Below the pieces are notes generated by a model. It made no database searches. It was not told the origin of the DNA and worked only from the letters and a program-made list of their open reading frames with translations. A stretch of 64,000 nt of DNA. It comes from Asterias rubens (taxonomy: Eukaryota). Below are positions 60,473 through 64,000 of the stretch, one piece after another; position 1 is the stretch's first letter; each line of letters opens with the position of its first letter. The DNA is taken from positions 18,786,001-18,850,000 of the forward strand of contig NC_047071.1 of assembly GCF_902459465.1 (NCBI RefSeq), given 5' to 3'. A program made the position numbers and the translations under genes.

Positions 60473-63400
60473 TGTTCAGCGAGTTGCCAATACAGTCGCC
60501 AAACCAGGCCGAGCGTCATCAGAGACTGAGGGAGACGGCACATTCTTAACACGCAGGGGGTACGGTATATCAGAGAAGATGTACTAATACGATAGGGGTA
60601 TACTTGTGTCGTCAGCGGCTCGCATCCAAGAGGCATGTCGGCTAGGAAGACTTGACTGAAGTGACACTTGAACCGTTCCAGTGCCCTCTAGTTCCTCTTA
60701 TTTGATAGTCGCATTGGCCGTCAGAGGACAAACACATCACCTTAACCCCCTAGACAATCACTCATGGAGGCTTGTTCCTGTTTTTGTGTTAAGTAATTAT
60801 TTTCATATCGGATTCACACTTCTTACCTCATTGGGCATTTAATAGTTCTTCAAATACAGAGAGTTGGGTTACCAAAAGGCAGTTATAATAATAAGGTGCA
60901 GTCTAGTCTTGAATGTGTAAATGACGATGGCTGTCTGCGTAAGATGTTATCGGGGTCAACATTCTGCAAAGTATAAGTTTCCTGTGTAAGTTTTGCGCAA
61001 ATCATTTTGAAAAACGCTTGAATTCTGGTGAACGCGTGAACAGTGGGAGCTCCCAAGAGAAGAAGTTGTCAGTCTATAGGTACGTCAACAACCATTCAGA
61101 GCGCGTTTTGTTACCAGGAGCACGATTCACGTCGCCACGGCTCATCTAGCTCAAAACTTATCTTCCATTACAGGGGTAACTCCAAGTAATTCCCCTTGGA
61201 AATTTCCTCATGATTAACCCACACAGAAGAAGGTACAAGATTCATCCTAAGATTAAAGACGTTGCAAGCAAGCATAGACCAATAGTAAAAAAAAAAAAAA
61301 ACGCAAGCAGTTGTTTTCTAAACAACGAACTCCACATGCTAACCTCAAATCGAAATGGGGACACAACACGTAGTTATTTGTAAATATATGACATCATTTG
61401 TCAACGTAACTCAAATAAATTATTTAGAAAGCCCAAAGGATTACACTTTGGAGGTTTTATACATATTGAATGTACTGTTATTCCTAGTTGACTAAATTAT
61501 TTCCGGAATAACTGAAGTAGGAAATTCGCCCGGGTATATTAATGTATAACTTTCACACCAATCCAGATACGCATTAAATTTTGATAATTTGCCAGACTCT
61601 GAACTTCACAAAGCGCGTTACGTTTCTTTAATGCGCCTGTCAGATTCAAGCCTACGAAGGCGCCTAATATCAGTATGTTTGGCGTGAAACGTGTGCTTAT
61701 CGGCAGACAGTTCCCTGGGAGCAATTTCATCAAAGTACGCGCCAAAGTGTGTTCCTGATTGAAGGAATATTAGTTGCTGTACAGATCTCTGCGTTGACAA
61801 CCTTCGTTTGATAACTTAAGTTATACTTATTTTGCCTCAGGTTTGTTTTTCACTTTTAGCGTTTTTTTTTCATGATTTTCACAACTTATTTTCCAAAAGG
61901 TCTCTGTATGCCACCTGAAGCGACAAATCAAGCGTAAACGATAAATGGTTTAAAGGATGTACACTTTTGGCTTTTATATTATCGGTCTTATGTTTTAATT
62001 CAAAATGAGAAGCAATTTATGAATGTTTAAAGACCCTTTAAATTCCCCTGACAATGTTGGGCAACCAATCAAAAGGCATCCAATCAAAATGAACTGCAAC
62101 CAAATGTTCGATGCAGAGTTTTGGTTTAATAGAACAGACCCCAAAAAATGATAGTTCTTGAAATATGACATCCACTCTTGAGTAATAACTCAAGTCAGAG
62201 CTAATTCTCAAGTTCATCCAATCGAGAGAGACAATGATGAAGGATGAAATTTGAAACCCTTTCTACCGATTAATCCATTTCTCACTTAATGAACTGGCCT
62301 CGAACTTCATCTTCCGAAACATAATAACTAAATGCCAATTTCTTGGACGCCAGAATGATATTACGAAATGGTTTTAAGTTGATAGAGTTCACAAATTAAG
62401 ACACGAGAAGCCATTTCCTGGGAAAATACATGTTTCAGCGCACTCTTTATGCAACATTTGTTTTTACATAAATCTTGTGTAATCTTGTTTACCCATTAAT
62501 TTTTATTTGTTACCATTCAATTTGGGTGTGGATAAAACGGAATAGTACTGTGTGAAACAAGGCTGATATTATAAGTCACATTTTCCACTATAGAGTAAAC
62601 AATAGTGACACTAAAAGGTAGACACATGCAAAACCATTGGGTCAATACATTCGTTGGACATCATTGCAAACTACTATAAAAACCACAAATAGACCTGCAG
62701 CTCACTTCTTCATTTTCTCCCCATTAAGGGTCCTCTAAATTTACAATTTTAAATTGAGATGACCTTCCAATCGTACGTGACCGATGATACGGCTACCCCG
62801 ATAGCTTTGGCGGTCAAACAAAGAAGACAAAAAAAAAACATAATGATGGTCAACGATATATTAATCGTGATGACGCGCCTATAAGGTTTAGGACACTACA
62901 TTAAAAAAGGCCCTATATTGCTAATCCTTCACTTTCTCTCAGTGTCACACGCGTTAGGAGCTGAAACTCAGCCCTTCGTGCTTAAATTGAAACCAGTCAT
63001 GATTTGACATCTTCAAATTCAACTGATTGCTCCTGGCTCCGAAAGATAATGATGTCACGAGGAGGGAAAATAATCAAAGCAGGACTAGGAGACAAGCTTG
63101 CTAAACAATCATGAGGTGAAATGGTATCTACGTTATTGATGATCGAGCTGAAGCATCGTTAGAATAAACCGAAGAAGATGAAATGGTTTTCTCTATAACT
63201 TGTGTAACCTCTCGTTAATAACAAGAGACGTATGAGATTGTATGTAATCGAGTGTGAACGACAAACGAAGTTAGTGAGTAAACTGCATGTATATAGTTGT
63301 AAGATAAGTACAGACACAAACCCCTTGAAAAACATCAGATTTCCATCTCTATCCATCACCGACGAAAAAGAAGAAGATGAAAACATGGGCTCGAGTGGAA

Positions 63401-64000
63401 ATCGCAAACAAAAGCCAATTAAGATGTATGAAAATGGTTCTGCATGGTCTACGTAAACATTAAAACAGACGGGCAAGGACACGAGATGGGAAGATTAGTG
63501 TAGTCTGTGCTACAATTAGTTAAACTCGATTTACCTTGTTTGACATTAACAACAAAGAGAATGACAAAATTGCTATAAACAGACTGAAATGCCGAGGCCA
63601 AAGACGACGCTTGCTTGATAAAGCGCAAGGGATCTCAGACTGGGTATAATGAACAAAGAGAATGTGGGCGTTATAAGACTTGGGATAATTAGTATTTATA
63701 AATTGTGTTTTAAAATATAATTAAAATACTGAGAGAAAGGACGTACGTCTTCACATCCAGGGCGAGAAAAATGCAATTACAGCAACAAGCTTTGTACAAT
63801 AAACCTTAAAACTGTATTGTTCTAGACTTGGTCTGGACAAACCGTCTTGCAATAGTATGATTTGAAAACGGGGAGGGTTGATAGTCTTCTTTTCAAGACT
63901 GCAGTCAGTTTGTCTCCATATCATTACACCAATTTGTAGTCATGCATGTACCACTTTCAGGCACTATTCACCGTACCACGAAATCGGTCCGCTAACAGCA

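Noticed and set aside
62870-62945. Possible + strand promoter (TGACGC, TATAAG, TCAGT)
   Set aside because: TATA-to-Inr spacing is unconvincing and no downstream coding exon is recognisable.

Overview
AT-rich, repeat-dense eukaryotic DNA. The receptor family and the MITE/SINE repertoire suggest an echinoderm, probably a sea star (inference). The only well-supported host genes are two paralogous class A peptide GPCRs of the kisspeptin-receptor (KISS1R) type, in tandem on the minus strand about 38 kb apart. Gene B is complete: coding exons 49786(or 49714)-49379, 46139-46004 and 44700-44111, giving 377 or 353 aa. Exon 2 is not in the ORF track and was found by reading the sequence. Gene A shows only its first coding exon (6366-5920); I found no further exons in 1-5919, so they probably lie left of the window. 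Both receptors have an atypical TM2/ECL1: proline at 2.60 and no WxFG tryptophan. The rest is transposon-derived: at least 12 copies of a TTAA-flanked Kolobok-like MITE, all in one orientation; a ~4.2 kb Helentron-like element with internal ~600 bp tandem repeats and nested MITEs; an internally deleted Tc1 element with 212 bp TIRs just upstream of gene B; Harbinger-like and fold-back MITEs; tRNA-derived SINEs; and microsatellites. No rRNA, intact tRNA or CRISPR array was seen. All coordinates and counts were read by eye; TE superfamily calls rest on end structure only.
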